The notes under the pieces were generated by a model. That model saw only the letters and a list, made by a program, of their open reading frames with translations. It was not told where the DNA came from and did no database searches. The translations under genes and the position numbers were made by a program. From Eledone cirrhosa (Eukaryota), in the NCBI GenBank assembly GCA_964016885.1, contig OZ024743.1:7502001-7566000 (forward strand): a stretch of 64,000 bases of DNA, read 5' to 3'. Positions 39,256 through 53,981 of this stretch are shown here, piece by piece (positions within the stretch are counted from its first letter, which is position 1; every line of letters starts with the position of its first letter).

Positions 39256-39499
39256 GTGGAAAATGAAGAAGGGAGCACCCTCTCTTTGTGCTCCCGTGGA
39301 GAAGAGTCGCACATTTTTTCGGGGGTGTGTGTGAGACCCCAAAACGATCCCTCCCTATTGAGAACCTTCTTGTTACTATTTTGTTTGTTATATTTTTCTT
39401 ACTCGATTTTTATGTAAACTCCCCCCACCCATGTACATGCCCCTTTCTTTTGTGCCCTAGTGGCAAATAAACAGAAATTTGTCTGTCTGTCTGTCTCTC

Positions 39500-39607
<108 letters not shown>

Positions 39608-40052
39608 ATGATTTTTTTTTAGTAATTCGTAAAAAGATTTAATCGCTTGAGGTTGTCACAGCTCGGAAAGAAAGGTTAGGCCAAATATGATTTATAAACA
39701 CATATTTATATGAATGTATAGCATATAAGTATGTGTATATAAACATGTCCGTTGGAATTAATATAACAGCCGCTGTAATTTTATAATCAGGTAAAATGAA
39801 AAAGAAACCCCTATACATGGAGAGGGTATGGGCTCCACCAGGTTTAAAACTGTCCCACGAAACGCCGTATGTCAATAAGGCTCCCCTATGACTCCACCAG
39901 GAGTTATGGGTTTCTAAATACATACACATAATTAAGTAAAAAAAATATCACGCACACTTCCATTATTAATTTGCTACAGTTTTGTAATTACAGAAAATTC
40001 AGCTGATATACAAGTGAGAACATATCAGCAATATTTAAACCTATCATTTTAT

Positions 40053-40208
40053 TACCGTATTTCACGGCGTCGAAGACGCTACTTTTTTCCTTAAAATAAG
40101 TCTAAAAAATCTACCATGCGCCCTGGAGGCCGAAGGTTGTTTATTATTTATTTTCAAATGTTTGGTTGTCAAAATTAGGGTGTGTCTTCAGCGCCGGGAA
40201 ATACGGTA
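40053..40208. mobile_element. Tc1/mariner-pogo-type MITE
   Basis: TA-CCGTATTTCACGGCGTCGAAGACGC ... GTGTCTTCAGCGCCGGGAAATACGG-TA. Confidence 0.8.
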
Positions 40209-41444
40209 TATTGTTTAAAAAATAATCTTTAGTCGTTTCTAGAAGTTTAGTATTCGCATACTGACTCGCATACAAATAAACAAGCACACACATACAAAAA
40301 AAAACATACGACTCAACGTATCAACCTGTTGCTTTAAACCAGATTTCTTAATCATTTGATCAGCTACGAATCTTCCCCTCCTTACCATTTTTCCATACAT
40401 GCCTTTCCACCCATACCAATCACAGTATTTGATTAGCTGTTTATATAAATAATTAGCCTTTCCTCTAGCTCACATCTATAAGCTAAATCTGTAACTTTTC
40501 AAGATGCAGTCCGAACAAGTGAACCATCTTAAAAAGACAAATGCATAAATGCAACATTAAGTTCCTGGTTAATGATTAGAGGAAGAAGCTGAATACTTCC
40601 TTGTTAGATTAAAAAGGTGCACATCATACCTCCTAGAGGAATTTTGGATTGGCATCAATGGTTGCATGACTGCTAAAAGTTCGTATGTCTAGATAGAAAG
40701 CTAAGATGGTGCTACAGTTCAAGCAAGGCACTATAACTAGTTTAGTGTTTATTTCAAGTGGAATATTTTAGTGGCACTCGCTTTCATTTTTGTTATTTTA
40801 TTTTCCCTCGATTCCACTGAACTGAAGGAAAAGTGCCCGTGGCTTATGAAAAAATAAAACAAAATTGTCTGATACACAAGAACAACATAATGCATACACC
40901 AGAGACTATAGGAATTCTTCAGATTTGATATTATTATAGTTTCGTATTGTGAAGAATAGTTTGACAAAATTTGAAATAAAACCAGAAGCGGATACAGTTG
41001 CAAAACAGTGTACACCGTCGAAAACACATATCTACAGCCTTTAGATAGCCAGAGGAAAGGAAGAATTTAAAAACAACTTCTTACAATCTTACAAGTTCTT
41101 TGCAATTCAATTGTTGTTACAGAAAAAAACTATTAAAAGTAGTATAATAATAAAATAACATGTAATAATTCAATTCGACACAGAAACCTCAAAGAAATAC
41201 ACGGAAGAAAATATATATCAACAATAATACACAATATTATTATCAACAGTAGTACAATAATACACAATTTTATAGGTTCAAACACTTTAAAATATACATT
41301 TGTTCAAATGATGCACACATACTAATCCTCTCACATGCCAATAGTCGGACTCATCAACCAATCTAAGCGAATTCTAGGATATCTTAAAAACGTACATGAA
41401 TGGAAAACACGCGAAAAGGAAGCGAAACATTCTAAATAGAAATA

Positions 41445-42565
41445 ATTGTTTCTACTATTGGTACAAAGCCAGCAATTTGAAGAGAAGGGGAAAGTCGATT
41501 AAATCAGCCCCATTGCGGTACTGGTACTTTATTTTATCGACGTTGTAAGGATGAAAGGCAAAGCAAACCTCGGTGGGATTTAAACTCAGAACATAAAGGG
41601 CCGTAACTATATGCCACAAATCATGTTGTCTGACACTCTACTGATATTGCCAATCCACTGCCATTCATATAGGAAGTAATAGCAATATACAACCCATTAA
41701 CTGAAAGTTAAAGAATACCGATTGTAAAACTAACTAGTATAAACAACAAGCTTAAAATTCTAACATAAAATCAGATTCCAACGATTAAGCAATGTGGAAA
41801 GTATATAGCGGGTAAACAAACTAGGCTTCGCGTCACATGCGAACAGGAAAGTAGCTTGAAAAAGGTTGAACATTATCTTCATCTACCTAACATAATTGTT
41901 TCTACTTTTGGCACACTGCCAGCAATTACCCCAGTGCATTACAGGTACTTTATTTTATCAAACCTCAGCGGGATTTGAACCCAGAACACAAAGGGCAATA
42001 ACTCTATGATGCAAAGCATGGTGTTCAACGCTCTACCGTAAGGCCATTAATTTGGGGGGAGGGGAAAGTCGATTAAATCGACCCCAGTGCGTGACTGGTA
42101 CTTTATTTTATCGACCCCATGTAGACAGAATAGAGAAGGCGTTTCCCCAGAGGATGGTGAGGGAGACGCGTTGGAAGAGTAATTCCAGCTCGTGAAGCTC
42201 ACACCTGCGTGTAGCCAACTCCGTGCTGATGGTGGTAAGTAAGGAGTTGGTCCTAGGGCCAAAGACACCAGAAGTCTCCCCTGTTAATGCAACACATTTT
42301 CATTAGTTTACTTCTACGTCATCCAATATAAGTACTCTTATCACTCCATTTACTTCCTTAATTTAAAAATTTAAAATAATTGTTTCTACTTTAGGCACAA
42401 GGCCAGCAATTACCCAGTGCATTACTGGTACTTTATTTTATCGATCCCGTAAGGATGAAAGGCAAAGTCAACCTCGGCGGGATTTGAACTCAGATCATAA
42501 AGGGACGTAACTATGCTGGAAAGCATAGCGTCCGACCCTCTACCGATACTGCCAATCCACCGCCC
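41445..42565 (-). mobile_element. Cluster of 3-4 Meta-like SINEs
   Basis: Copies at ~41445-41665, ~41895-42120 and ~42380-42565. Confidence 0.8.
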
Positions 42566-43474
42566 CATTTTAAAATAATAATTAGCTATTTTCCTCTTTT
42601 TAATATTATTAATTCGCTTCCATTTCTGCCTTTTCTCACCATAGGCACGTTATTAACTCTCTTGCGCCTCTGATAGAAATCCTACCACAGTCAATCACAC
42701 ATTTAGTTAGTTCATCTAAAATTAATTATTTTAATTGAATTTCTATTAATACCGATAAATTAGCTTAGTGCAATTCATCATTCCATTTAATTTTAGTAAT
42801 ACATCATATAAATATCTTCCTATTTAATATTAATTATAATTTCTTTAATTGTCGTCTCGTCATGTTTAGTAAGGTCACTATATATTTAGCTATATATAAT
42901 TTACTTAAAATTTCACAGTTACATAATCAAATAATTGAACAGTAATCTTTTTAATCCGGTTACAGTTATACTTCCTGCCTGACGCAGTGTAAACAGTTTT
43001 ACACATCTTAGACTATTTATTTATTTTCATTTAGGTGTTTCGTCAAGTATCCACTTTATAAGCTTTCTCTAATTTCTATATACTCTCTTCAATTAAAGCA
43101 TATCTATTCAACTGCTATATTTCCCTTTTCAAAAACGCAAAACACGCCCTCATATAGTTTAGTATTACTTTAATAAACGCAATTTTAAATTCATTTTTTA
43201 TGTTTTGTTTTATTTAACAAAAATCTCCAAATTATTGCTAACGTTTAAATTACAACTTACATATACACATATAAGTAGGAATATGCTGACTACACCTACA
43301 CTTAAACGCGTTGCCAGTAAGACAAATGCATTATTTCTCAGCGCTGTCTATAGAATTCTCTTTCTCATGGTACACAATTGCATTTGTGAGACACAGTATC
43401 GGAAAGACAATGTGAAATTACTGTAGTTGCACCTGTGTGATGGATGTTGAGTATTTCTATAAATGGAATCTTTC

Positions 43475-43577
43475 GTAATTGCTTGGGTATAACAGTAATT
43501 GCTTGGGTATAACAGTAATTGCTTGGGTATAACAGTAATTGCTTGGGTATAACAGTAATTGCTTGGGTATAACAGTA
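43475..43577. repeat. 20-bp tandem repeat x5
   Basis: Five perfect copies of GTAATTGCTTGGGTATAACA. Confidence 0.95.
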
Positions 43578-44449
43578 GTAGACTTGAGGAAAACTGTAGA
43601 ACATATTGGTCATATTAAAGAGATTTTGATAAAAGTGGTCGTAAAAGAAATGTTTGCATATAGGACAATATTGGATGAAATTTAAACTAAAGGCAGGTTC
43701 ATAGATAGAAAGATAAATAGATATTGCCCCACGATTGTGATTTTGTTTTGCCCTCTAATGCCCAGGATCTTCGGAGGCATCTTTGTTGGAAAGTATCAAG
43801 CTGTTTTTGATACGAAGTACATACTTAAAATTACAAAAAAGTAGTTTAAAAAATTGAAAACAATAAAAAGTAGTAAACACATAGGTAACAAAAATATATA
43901 CAACATAGTCACAGAACTTGTAGGTGTAAGAATACAACCAAATATAAATAATGAATAAAATAAAGAAATATAAACTAGGAAAATATATACTTCAAAACTA
44001 TAAAAATAAGTCAGAAAAGAAAACAAATGAAATAAAATATATAATCAAAGCCCAACAAACCCACAGAATATCAAATAAGAAACATTGAGCCAGAATTAAA
44101 CCAATGAAAATGAAATGGACCTCCGTCGGTTTCGACAATGAGCGCCCCAGTTGTTCGATGAATAGAACGGTTTCTTTGTGAATTAACGTACAAATGGTTG
44201 TGCAACGATATCTTCAAGGAACTTCAGTGTGATAGAATGTGTGACAAGGCTGACCACTTAAAATACATGTTCAGGCCATCCGACGGGTATCTAAACACTT
44301 TACCTCACAAGGCTTAGGTCGAAACGAGGCTATTGTAAATGACATTTATTGAAGATGCTATGAAATAGAATTAAGCCCGACACTTAATGATCACGATGCG
44401 AACTTCTTATCAATTCGGCCATACTACGCCCACAGACAAATGAACATTT

Positions 44450-47200
44450 GGCATAAATGAATATGAGGAAAATCTAAATGTATAAAGATGTACAGCTGGG
44501 AATCTGAAATATGACAATTATCTAAGGGATAAGTGAGAGTGTGTGAGGGGGTTTAGTTCAAGTATTTAAATCGTTAGAATATCTTCCAATGGGTCAACAA
44601 AAGTACCCCATAATATGAAGCTTAATGATAACATAGCTAACAATTAAAAACACAATTAGAAACACACGTGGAAATCAATAGAAACAGGATAAATCCCTTA
44701 ATAAATGTAAAAGGTACATTTATTCATATTTATTCACATATAGAAACAGCTAAACGAAAACAAACAACGTTTGAAACAAACATGTAGAGGAAGATAAATG
44801 ATAAAAGGTAAGATGACAATCATTTATGGTATCGGCAACAAAAAGACACACATGAAGGACAAAATAAAAAAAGAGACTAGTACTAGAGTAAGACTACATA
44901 ACTTATCAATTTAGTGCAAACAACAAAAGACGTAAAAGGCTTGTATGAAAGGAAAGATTTTATAACAACCAACAGTCGGTTGAAAATCTTGGGATAAAAT
45001 TCAAATCGAAGAAGTAGCGCAGATACTACAGGACACACATATTTGGAAATAATAAAGGGCTAAACATTTAACCAAAATATACTTGGAAAAGTATTCAAAG
45101 ATCCACTGAAAGAGAAAGAAACAATATCTGACTGGCTTGCCAAGGAAACATTTTAATCTCCAAAATAGACAAAATACCAAACCACCTAAAATCACCACCC
45201 CATAAACTGACTGTTTTTGGTATACAAAGCCTTAAGAACTACATTATAGCAAACTATAAATGCTCATAAAAGATTTTCTTCCAGGAAAAGACCAAAAGAT
45301 GCTGCAAAAGGTTAGTTACATATCATCAAAGCCATAATTGATGACTTGAACAAGACTTGCATTGATTATTAGCAATCTAGTAATAGTGTTTCTTGGCATA
45401 ACATCTGGAAACATGGACCACGAGTGAGATATCACCAATAAAAGTCGGTATACCATGTAAACTTTTAGTAAACCGAAGGACATTTTACAGATTTATCCAA
45501 ACAAAAGTGGGAATTGTAAAAACAAAGCCAATCGTTATAACAGGAAGAATACTCTAAGAACATCCCTTCTGAAACATTCCTGTATAATGATAACACATTA
45601 ACCGACATTCTGAATATAATTACGATTACAATGGAATGACAAGACTGAATATAGATGTCCAATGGGATGACAGCCATCTTTTTATAAAAGGAGGGTCTCA
45701 ATCTGTTAGCTGCAGGTGACAAACAACTGGGAACCCTGTTACAAAACAGGCACAGATTCAATAAGAAAATTGATTTGGAATTTATGTTGGAAAAATTGTT
45801 CTAAGGTTACTTTAAAAAGTGGCTTCAAACCGACAATAACTAATTAGAAAAGAAGAGAGATGAGAAAATGAGACCGATGGCGTGTACAATCAGATAGATG
45901 AAAAAGTTAGAGGGGAATAATATAAACGATTTATATTTATATTTCAAACTAAGAGAAACGCAAAAATATGTATCAATAATCGGTCTCTTTCAGTAGTAAA
46001 TAACAGTGATATTTTTAACTGGAAGAAAATAGGGAAAATAATGACAGTATTTAGAACACAGAAATTAAAAATCCACCTCAGAAAAATTATATTTACTACG
46101 AACATAGAAAAAATTATGAAATATACAATAATAGTAAAGAACAAGGGGAAATTTAACTACAAAATATAAACAATAGAAGAAGCTGTTTTCTGTTTTCACG
46201 GAGGACAAAATATAAGACAAAAGCTGAAGTAAAAGGTAGCTGTGTGAAGGATGGAGAAACATAGTGAAAGGAACTTATTAAAAAAATCAGAGCTACAAAA
46301 TATCACGTTTGAAACAAAAGCTCCTCGAGTGCTAATATCTGACAAGACTTAGCAAATCAAAAGGGGATTTAAAAAATTTAAAACCAAATTGTTTTGATCG
46401 CCGCACTAGATCAAAGTAGTTCCACCAGAAAATACCCAAGACATATAATTAAGCAGAACGTAACTGTAGAGTAGGCGAAGGCTGTGAAGAAACAATCAAT
46501 CACATTGTATCTGACTGCTCAACTTTAGGTAAAAATGAAGTGTATAAATAGATATGGAAGAGTTAGGCGTTTCACGTCATATACACAAAAAGTATTCATA
46601 CACACACGCACTCATTAAAAGATTACGGAGTATGACAAAACGACCACACTCAAGGACGTGCCAATTTATACACGGGAGATTTAAAAAAAAAAAAAAAAAA
46701 AAAAAAATCACTCAGATATTATTGTCAGGGATTATCAAGATAAAATGTCTCTTAATCAATGTATCAATACATTTTTCAAAGAAATGAAGAAATGATCTAA
46801 ATGTAAAACCTAGAAACAAATACTCAGAATGCGGGAATTGAAAACAGAAACAACCCATATAATAGATGCATATTTTAAATGGTAAAAGATGCAAACATAT
46901 ACAGAAATAAAAATTGTAAGAGATACACACACAATATAGAAAAGGTACTGTAAGTTACAACCCACGTCTTGCGTGGAAAAAAAAAGGTACAAATTATATA
47001 TATATATAGATATATCTGTCCTGAAGAAAGATGTTGGAAAGTTGGGAGAAATGAAGGTTTTAGTGATTTCAGAGGTGATCGGAGCATTGGGATGCATATC
47101 GGACAGTATTGATGCCTGTGTAAATAGAATCGGAACTGATGCAAGGTTACAGGTCATCCAGAAAACAGCATCTTGGTACAACAATGATTTTAAGGACAGT
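44450..47200 (+). pseudogene. Decayed R4/Dong-like LINE remnant
   Basis: C-terminal ..EGCEETINHIVSDCSTL at ~46480 and VIGALG...LQVIQKTA at ~47075-47170; boundaries approximate. Confidence 0.45.
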
Positions 47201-47349
47201 CGTGTCTGTGTAAGACACAGAAGAGAATGCAGGGAAGAACCTTTGTCAATTTGTTGTTGACTGGTCCTAACTGAAATATCCAGATAGTTTAGCATCTGAG
47301 TGTCTGAGATTTACAAAAATGAACAACAACAACAATAACAATAATACTT

Positions 47350-47550
47350 TAGGCACAAGGCCACCAATTTTTTGGGAGGGGAAAGTCAATGAAATCGACC
47401 CCTGTGCATTACTGGTGCTTGATTTTATCGACCCCGTAAAGATCAAAGGTAATGCTAACATCGGCGGGATTTGAACTCAGATCGTAAAGGGGCGTAACCC
47501 GATGCCTTAAAGCATATTGTCCAACGATCTACCGATACTCCCAATCCGCT
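47350..47550 (-). mobile_element. Meta-like SINE copy
   Basis: Reverse-complement match to the 16036 family; a further fragment at ~50430-50515. Confidence 0.8.
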
Positions 47551-47555
47551 AAACA

Positions 47556-47603
<48 letters not shown>

Positions 47604-47659
47604 AGTGAAAGAGAACAAGAGATGTGAAACGGAGACTACCGTATGAAACTGAAAAAGTG

Positions 47660-48694
47660 TTTGTATATTAACAGACATTTTAATCTGATAATAACAGTGT
47701 ATCGAGTGAAATCGGGCCTGATCTTAATAGAGACAAACCCCACCATCTAAATGGAAAGAAAGTATAGTAGGTATAATTGGGAAAAAGGTAATATCCATCA
47801 TTAATTTGAGAATTAGAAATAAGGAGATTCAAAGTAAACAAGGAAGAGGGTTCGGATAAAGAATATACGAATAAAAAGAAACACAACCCGTCCAAAAACA
47901 AAACAAAAACGAACAAACAAGAAACAAAACAAAGCAAAACAAAACTTCACCAAAGTATAGCAGCAAAAACAAGTAAGATAAGACGGTAAAAACGCTAACT
48001 TTTCTTCCAGGAAAAAGGTATTCCAATCAACAACCAAAACATTCTAGAGACATCAACAAAACTATAATACTAGAAGACACCAACACCAGCAGAAATGCAG
48101 GCATACTAGGAGGGAAAGTGAAGCTGAGAAAATATACACAATATAAATGCAAAATGCATCAGAAGGGAAGAATGAAAAAAACATAATATTACACTGGTCA
48201 ACTCACTTTTTGCTGACTTAGTTTTTGTTGTTATTTTTAGCTAATTTTGAGGCACTGATTTCAAATATGGCACCCCAACCCCAACACATCAGGTTTGCAT
48301 GTTTGTCTTTCACTCGGCTATCTCATAAACACAAGAAACACGGATATTTTGTATACCTTCCTTGTTGGCCAAGTGAAACCTTGATGTGATAGAAAAAAAG
48401 TATTGCCATTTTAAACTATGCGGTCCCCAATTACTCAAGAACAGGTCTCGAATTTTGATCAGCCGAAAAAAACGCAAAATTTTATTGACCAGTGTTATCT
48501 CAGTACGATCCACTATTACCAGCAAGGAAAACACTGAAAGATTGAGAGCTGCAAGCAATTAGAAAACAGCAGTGATTGACAATGTCCTCAACTTCTGGCT
48601 GAAGCACTCGACCAGTAGCTATAAATATATAGCAGCAACATTCAATGAAGGAATAACCAGACCAAAATCAACGCACGGCTAAGGGATAACAAAA

Positions 48695-48731
<37 letters not shown>

Positions 48732-50430
48732 TTTGATCTATAGCATACCTATAAACGTTATATAAAATTCAAAATTCTCACATCCACAATATACAACAGG
48801 CTGGTTATACATTTGGAAAACAACAATGTTTTCCTCGAAGAACAGAAAAGATTGACAGAAAAGAATGTATGGCTGTAAAGAGCAGCTACTTGTGAATCCG
48901 GTAAATATAGAAGACAGTACAGATAGATATAAAACACACTTCAGCATGGTCTGAATTGACTACCAAAATATATTTGAGAGCATTCTACACGCCTGGATAC
49001 TGAAGACACTCCACATAAACAAAGCAGCCCCAACATTAATAAAATACATTAACCAAGCCATGACAGCATGAAAAACTAAGATAGTACTACAAAACAAAGA
49101 ACAGACAATTAAATCCAACCCTATGCCTATAAGAAGAGGAATTTTTAAGGGGAGACATCATCTCTCTTACTCTTTTGTCTAGCTTTGACCTCATTAACAA
49201 ACCTGCTGAACGAAACCACTATGGGATACATATGCTATGAACTAACTATAAATCATCTCTTGTATATTACTGACCTAAAAATATTTACAAGGGATAACAC
49301 CGAAGTAGAAAACCTCCTAAAATTGTTCATAAATTTAGCTAAGACATACGAAGGAGTATGGGATTAGACAAATCTGCCAAAGCTACTATAAGAAGATGCA
49401 AATTAACCACAACTGAGAATATTACATGTAACATCTAAATCGGAGAAATAGACCACAACCACCCATATAAATAATTAGGAGTAGATGAAACAAATAAATT
49501 ATATCACGTGGAAATGAAAAAGAAAATTAAGAAAGAGTACCATAGAAGAGTTAGAATAATATTAAAAACTGAACGCAATATTAGAAATAAGGAGAGCGTA
49601 ATTTGATATATAAACAGTAATTCAGTACAAAATAACAACTGTAGAATTGATTAGAAAATACTTAAAAGAAAACAAAGAATCGAATAAGTGTAATAAGGAA
49701 AGAAACAAAATAGCAATTCGCTATATATAATATAACTTTAAAGTAGCAACTGGAAACTAACTACACCTATTTAAAATATTTTTATAAGAAAACAACAAAA
49801 AAAGTTATAAAAACAAAAATTAAGCAAAAACAAAAGGCAGTCAAAAGGGAATCCAAAAATTATATTGAAGTCAAAATGGAACGAAAAACCACTCCATAGT
49901 CATTAATCCACAAAGCTCGACATAGAAGTAAGCCAGAGTGAAAGTCTCTCCCCCACGAAAAAAAAAGAAGAAATAATGGTTCCAAAGCTTTGATTCTAGC
50001 TGCACAAGATCAATGTTCAGTCACAAACAACTACAAAAATGAAATTGTGGAAGATGCAGAATATATCGCCGGTACAATGAGATTGTTGACCAGTTCATCT
50101 CTGGCTGTTTAATCTTTGCCAAGTAATAATACATATACACACACAATCGAGGTCACAGCTACATCAGTTGGGCAATATAGCAATACTACGACGTGATGTG
50201 ATACAGACATGTACCAAACATGATAACGATCTGTCCGTAGTCAGCCGAGACTTGCCTATTTACACTGATAAAGAGACCAAAGCAAACCACCTATAATATT
50301 GAAGGACTGCAACTAAAGTAGATGCTCACTGATAGACATTGGGATTCTTTCTCACCAAAATGTTGCTTGAAAGAAGATTGAGAAACCGAAATGAGTTGTG
50401 GAGCATGAAAGTAAAAACAATACCAATACG
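47660..50430 (+). pseudogene. Decayed R4/Dong-like LINE (RT to endonuclease region)
   Basis: EEQKD*QKRMYGCKEQLLVN (~48840), IDYQNIFESILHAWI, RRGIF, NHLLYITDLKIF (~49250), AAQDQ (~50000). Confidence 0.7.
48191..48496. mobile_element. Small non-autonomous DNA transposon nested in the LINE remnant
   Basis: Terminal inverted ACACTGGTCAA and TTGACCAGTGT; composition differs from the A-rich flanks. Confidence 0.5.
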
Positions 50431-51087
50431 TTAGGCACAAGGCCAGCAATTACCCAGTGCATTAATGGTACTTTATTTTATCGACCCCGTAAGGATGAAA
50501 GGCAAAGTCAACCTCATTAGAGCTCATTAGATAATATAACTCATATAGCGTATATTTGGGGAGGGTCATGTTGCTATAATATTGACAGAAATATATATAC
50601 TGCTTGCTTTGGTTTGGGTTTCGCTCCAGTATATTTTATGTTTCTATAATTAATTCAGCTGGCAATCAATGTTTAAATATAACATATTTAATCATCAGTT
50701 AAATATAACATATTTTAACATAAACTCCTACATAAGTGATGCTCCGACACAATAAAACTAACACCTTAGATAATTCATTCTGTCTTGCTGTAAACAAGTA
50801 AGGCTACACAAACCACATTCCACATTGTCTATTCAGTCATAATTCGACACTGAAAACAACAATCATACAAAACATCAAAATTTCCGTATTTATCTGCGTT
50901 GATCAAGGGACACTATAGTGAAAATTCTTCAATCCCTTACTCCTTTTTGAAGAACTCTTGGGGTATCAGTAAGGTTCCACGTCCTACTGATAAACGACAA
51001 GAAGCATAGTGTAAGCATGGAAAGAACACTTTATCAATAATTGATCTTCTCTGTGGTTTTCGTTCCTGATCTCATTTACGCCTCGAT

Positions 51088-51145
51088 CAGTATATCCTGT
51101 GCAGTATATCCTGTGCAGTATATCCTGTGCAGTATATCCTGTGCA
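51088..51145. repeat. 14-bp tandem repeat x4
   Basis: Unit CAGTATATCCTGTG. Confidence 0.9.
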
Positions 51146-53981
51146 TCTTCTATCAACACTTTGTTGACCATGTGAAAAGCCCCTCTTCACAGAAAAAGGA
51201 TTCCTCTTCACTAATGTTGGATCTTCTTCACTGAAGATTAGCTCCTCCTAATGAGTGAGCATTTACATAGCTGGTAAAGATGCTAGAAATAGCAGTAATA
51301 ACCTATAAAATAACACATTGTTTAATCCTGTCATGGGTTCACTGCACACAGAAGAAAGGTAGGATAGTTACGACTGGAATACGTTGGATAGAAAAGTTCT
51401 AGACAAGTACTAGGGGAAGTTATTCCTCCATATTGTTTCCTCACGTCCTCCCTATCACTTTCTTTCCTTACTCTGGAAGAAATTGGTCATATTCAGATCT
51501 CGAGAGGGGATAGGCTCCGCCAGATTTAAACAAAATGCCCAAGGAACGTCGCACTATAGTGCCCCCACGACTTTATCAGGAATTACGGGCGCATGCAAAT
51601 GATGAAGTATAAGTCAAACTTTTTCTATTTAATAATTATTGGAGTCAGTATGGGGAATATTTCAGTTAAGTACCATAGATTGTTTGTTATATGAAACGCC
51701 ATATCATTGTTGAAAAAAAAGTCATGGAAGGATGATATGTTAAATATATATCCACTTAATACAATAACAAAGAAGACAAGTCGTTAGAATAGATAAGGAA
51801 GAAAAAGAAAGAGCATGTAGTGAGTAGGGCACAACGAGTGAGAAAGAAATAATGAAATAGAGAAACAATTAAAAAATGAGAAAGAAAGACAATGAGTTGC
51901 ACTTTACGAAGTAAAAAGTAATCTCTTGACAGAAAGAATAGTTATTCTACGTGTCAGTTGGCTTAATTGATTAAAGTCTGCCTTTACATCGACATTCGTG
52001 TGAAATTATGGAATCAGAAGTTAGGCTTCCTGTGAATTTGAATGGCCACCAATCTGTCTATTCATACAGGACACGTAAGGAACAAAGAATGATGCTGTGT
52101 AGTCGTGAGGCTATGCGGCTACGTGCAAGAAGTGGCTGAAAATAAATCAAGCTATTTTCGTCTTTTATTTCATCGTATTTAACTTGCTTCATTTTTCATT
52201 TTAATTATTATTATTATTGTTATTATTATTATTTTTATGCTGGCATATTTATTTATTGATTGAGTTTAATTATCAAGCTGAAGGTTAATTTTTTTCTTTT
52301 AATATGGTAATATTTTTTGTTGAAATAGAATTACACACACAAACACTAACACGTGTGTGTATGCGTGTGTATGCCTGTATATATATGAACTTGTGTGTGT
52401 GTGTGTGTGTTTGTTTGTTTATATCTATCTATCTATATGCGTGTATGTACGTATATATATATGTGTGTGTGTATGAATGTCTGTATGTGTGCTTGTCCCT
52501 ATATGTGTTGTATATTCTGTTTACATGAAATAAAGAGCAGCTCCTCCTTTAAGCATGTTAAGGAAAAAAGAAGACATTAAACATAATCCCTTTAAGCTTT
52601 TCAATTTACTGTGCTTATTTTGTATTGGCCAATAAAATCGTAAACAATTTTCATGATCTCTACACTTCGAAATTTAGTTTATGTTCATAATTTCGTCTTG
52701 ACTTTCTTAGTTTGGCTGTTGATTCTGTCAAACTACTACAACGTCTTGACATTGATGTCACAGACGTCTTTAAGCAACGAGTTTACAGCTAAGAATTCAG
52801 AACGATTATTTTTAGCAGTGTTTATGCTTTTAGAGTGTAAGACCCAGCTGTCAGAATATTCCTGTAACTAAGCCCATGGTTTATTAGATTTTGTAATTAT
52901 AATTCGATCTAGTAATGTGTATTGGTGGAGGATAGTAAAGGTATCATTCTAAGCAGAGAACTAATGATAGAAGTCTCATATTTATCGGGACATACTCTTT
53001 AATAATTTAAGTATACACTACTAATATATTTTGGAGGTGCAGAGATGATTTTTATCCTTAACTCCCAATATAACATCTAAAAACTCAGTTTATGCCAGTT
53101 TTATAAAGAGGTTTTAGTACTGACTTATTTTCAGACTCTTTTAATGTACATAAATGTCTTTAATGTCTATAAATACAAAATATGTGTAACCAATATGTTT
53201 GTAGTATGGGAAACCCATACAAATGTCATCTATATGTACATATAATTTTTCAAGGTAGCATCTAAATGAGATTACTGTAGTGCAGGAGAGTAATATTTTC
53301 ATGTGGTATAGATGAAGGCTTAATTGTTGGATAATGGTATACATGTCGAGGCTATAGTATTTATTATTAGCGCAAAACTGTCCAATTTATACTGAAGAGT
53401 TCGTAGAAATTATTCTTAATATTTATTTGGAGCTTGTAGTTGAGGTACTCAGCATTTCGAAATAGTTGTTCCAAATATATATTATTTTAAATATGTTGTA
53501 TATAAGAATTGTATCCAAAAGGTTTTGATGGTAACAAAGGTTTTGGTAACAAAATGTGTCGGCGTACAGGCAATTGAGGCTTCTCGATATGTAACACTAC
53601 AATTCAAAATAAAGAGATGTTTCGATGTTTATTCCATCTAATATCTCTTTATCTGATACCGTAAGTTCATAATTTTAATTGCCTATTTACACACACAGAG
53701 ACATACACCGGTTCTTAATACATAAATACACACATGAATATATAGTCATACATACACACGCACAATAGCTAGCATACATAGGCTACTCATACAATAATGG
53801 AGTTCTTTAAATTTTTATAGTTGAAAGTCTAAAATTGTGGATTTAGCATAATTTATTATTAATCAATAGAATCACGAAATTGATATAACCATTCGAAGCC
53901 TAATACATGACAATTAATATTTTACTGGCTCACACTTAACACTGTAATACATCTCGCATTAATACCCCATATAATACAATA

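Larger units (their letters stand above)
33911..39480 (+). mobile_element. Full-length Tx1/L1-clade non-LTR retrotransposon in (GTCT)n
   Basis: 5'UTR, ORF1, APE-RT-Cys ORF2, 3'UTR with AATAAA; GTCTGTCTGTCT at 33899-33910 and from 39481. Confidence 0.92.

Noticed and set aside
43475-43577. CRISPR-like repeat
   Set aside because: Contiguous tandem copies with no spacers.
50908-50921. SP6 promoter or vector contamination (GACACTATAG)
   Set aside because: Only a 10-bp match with no other vector sequence.
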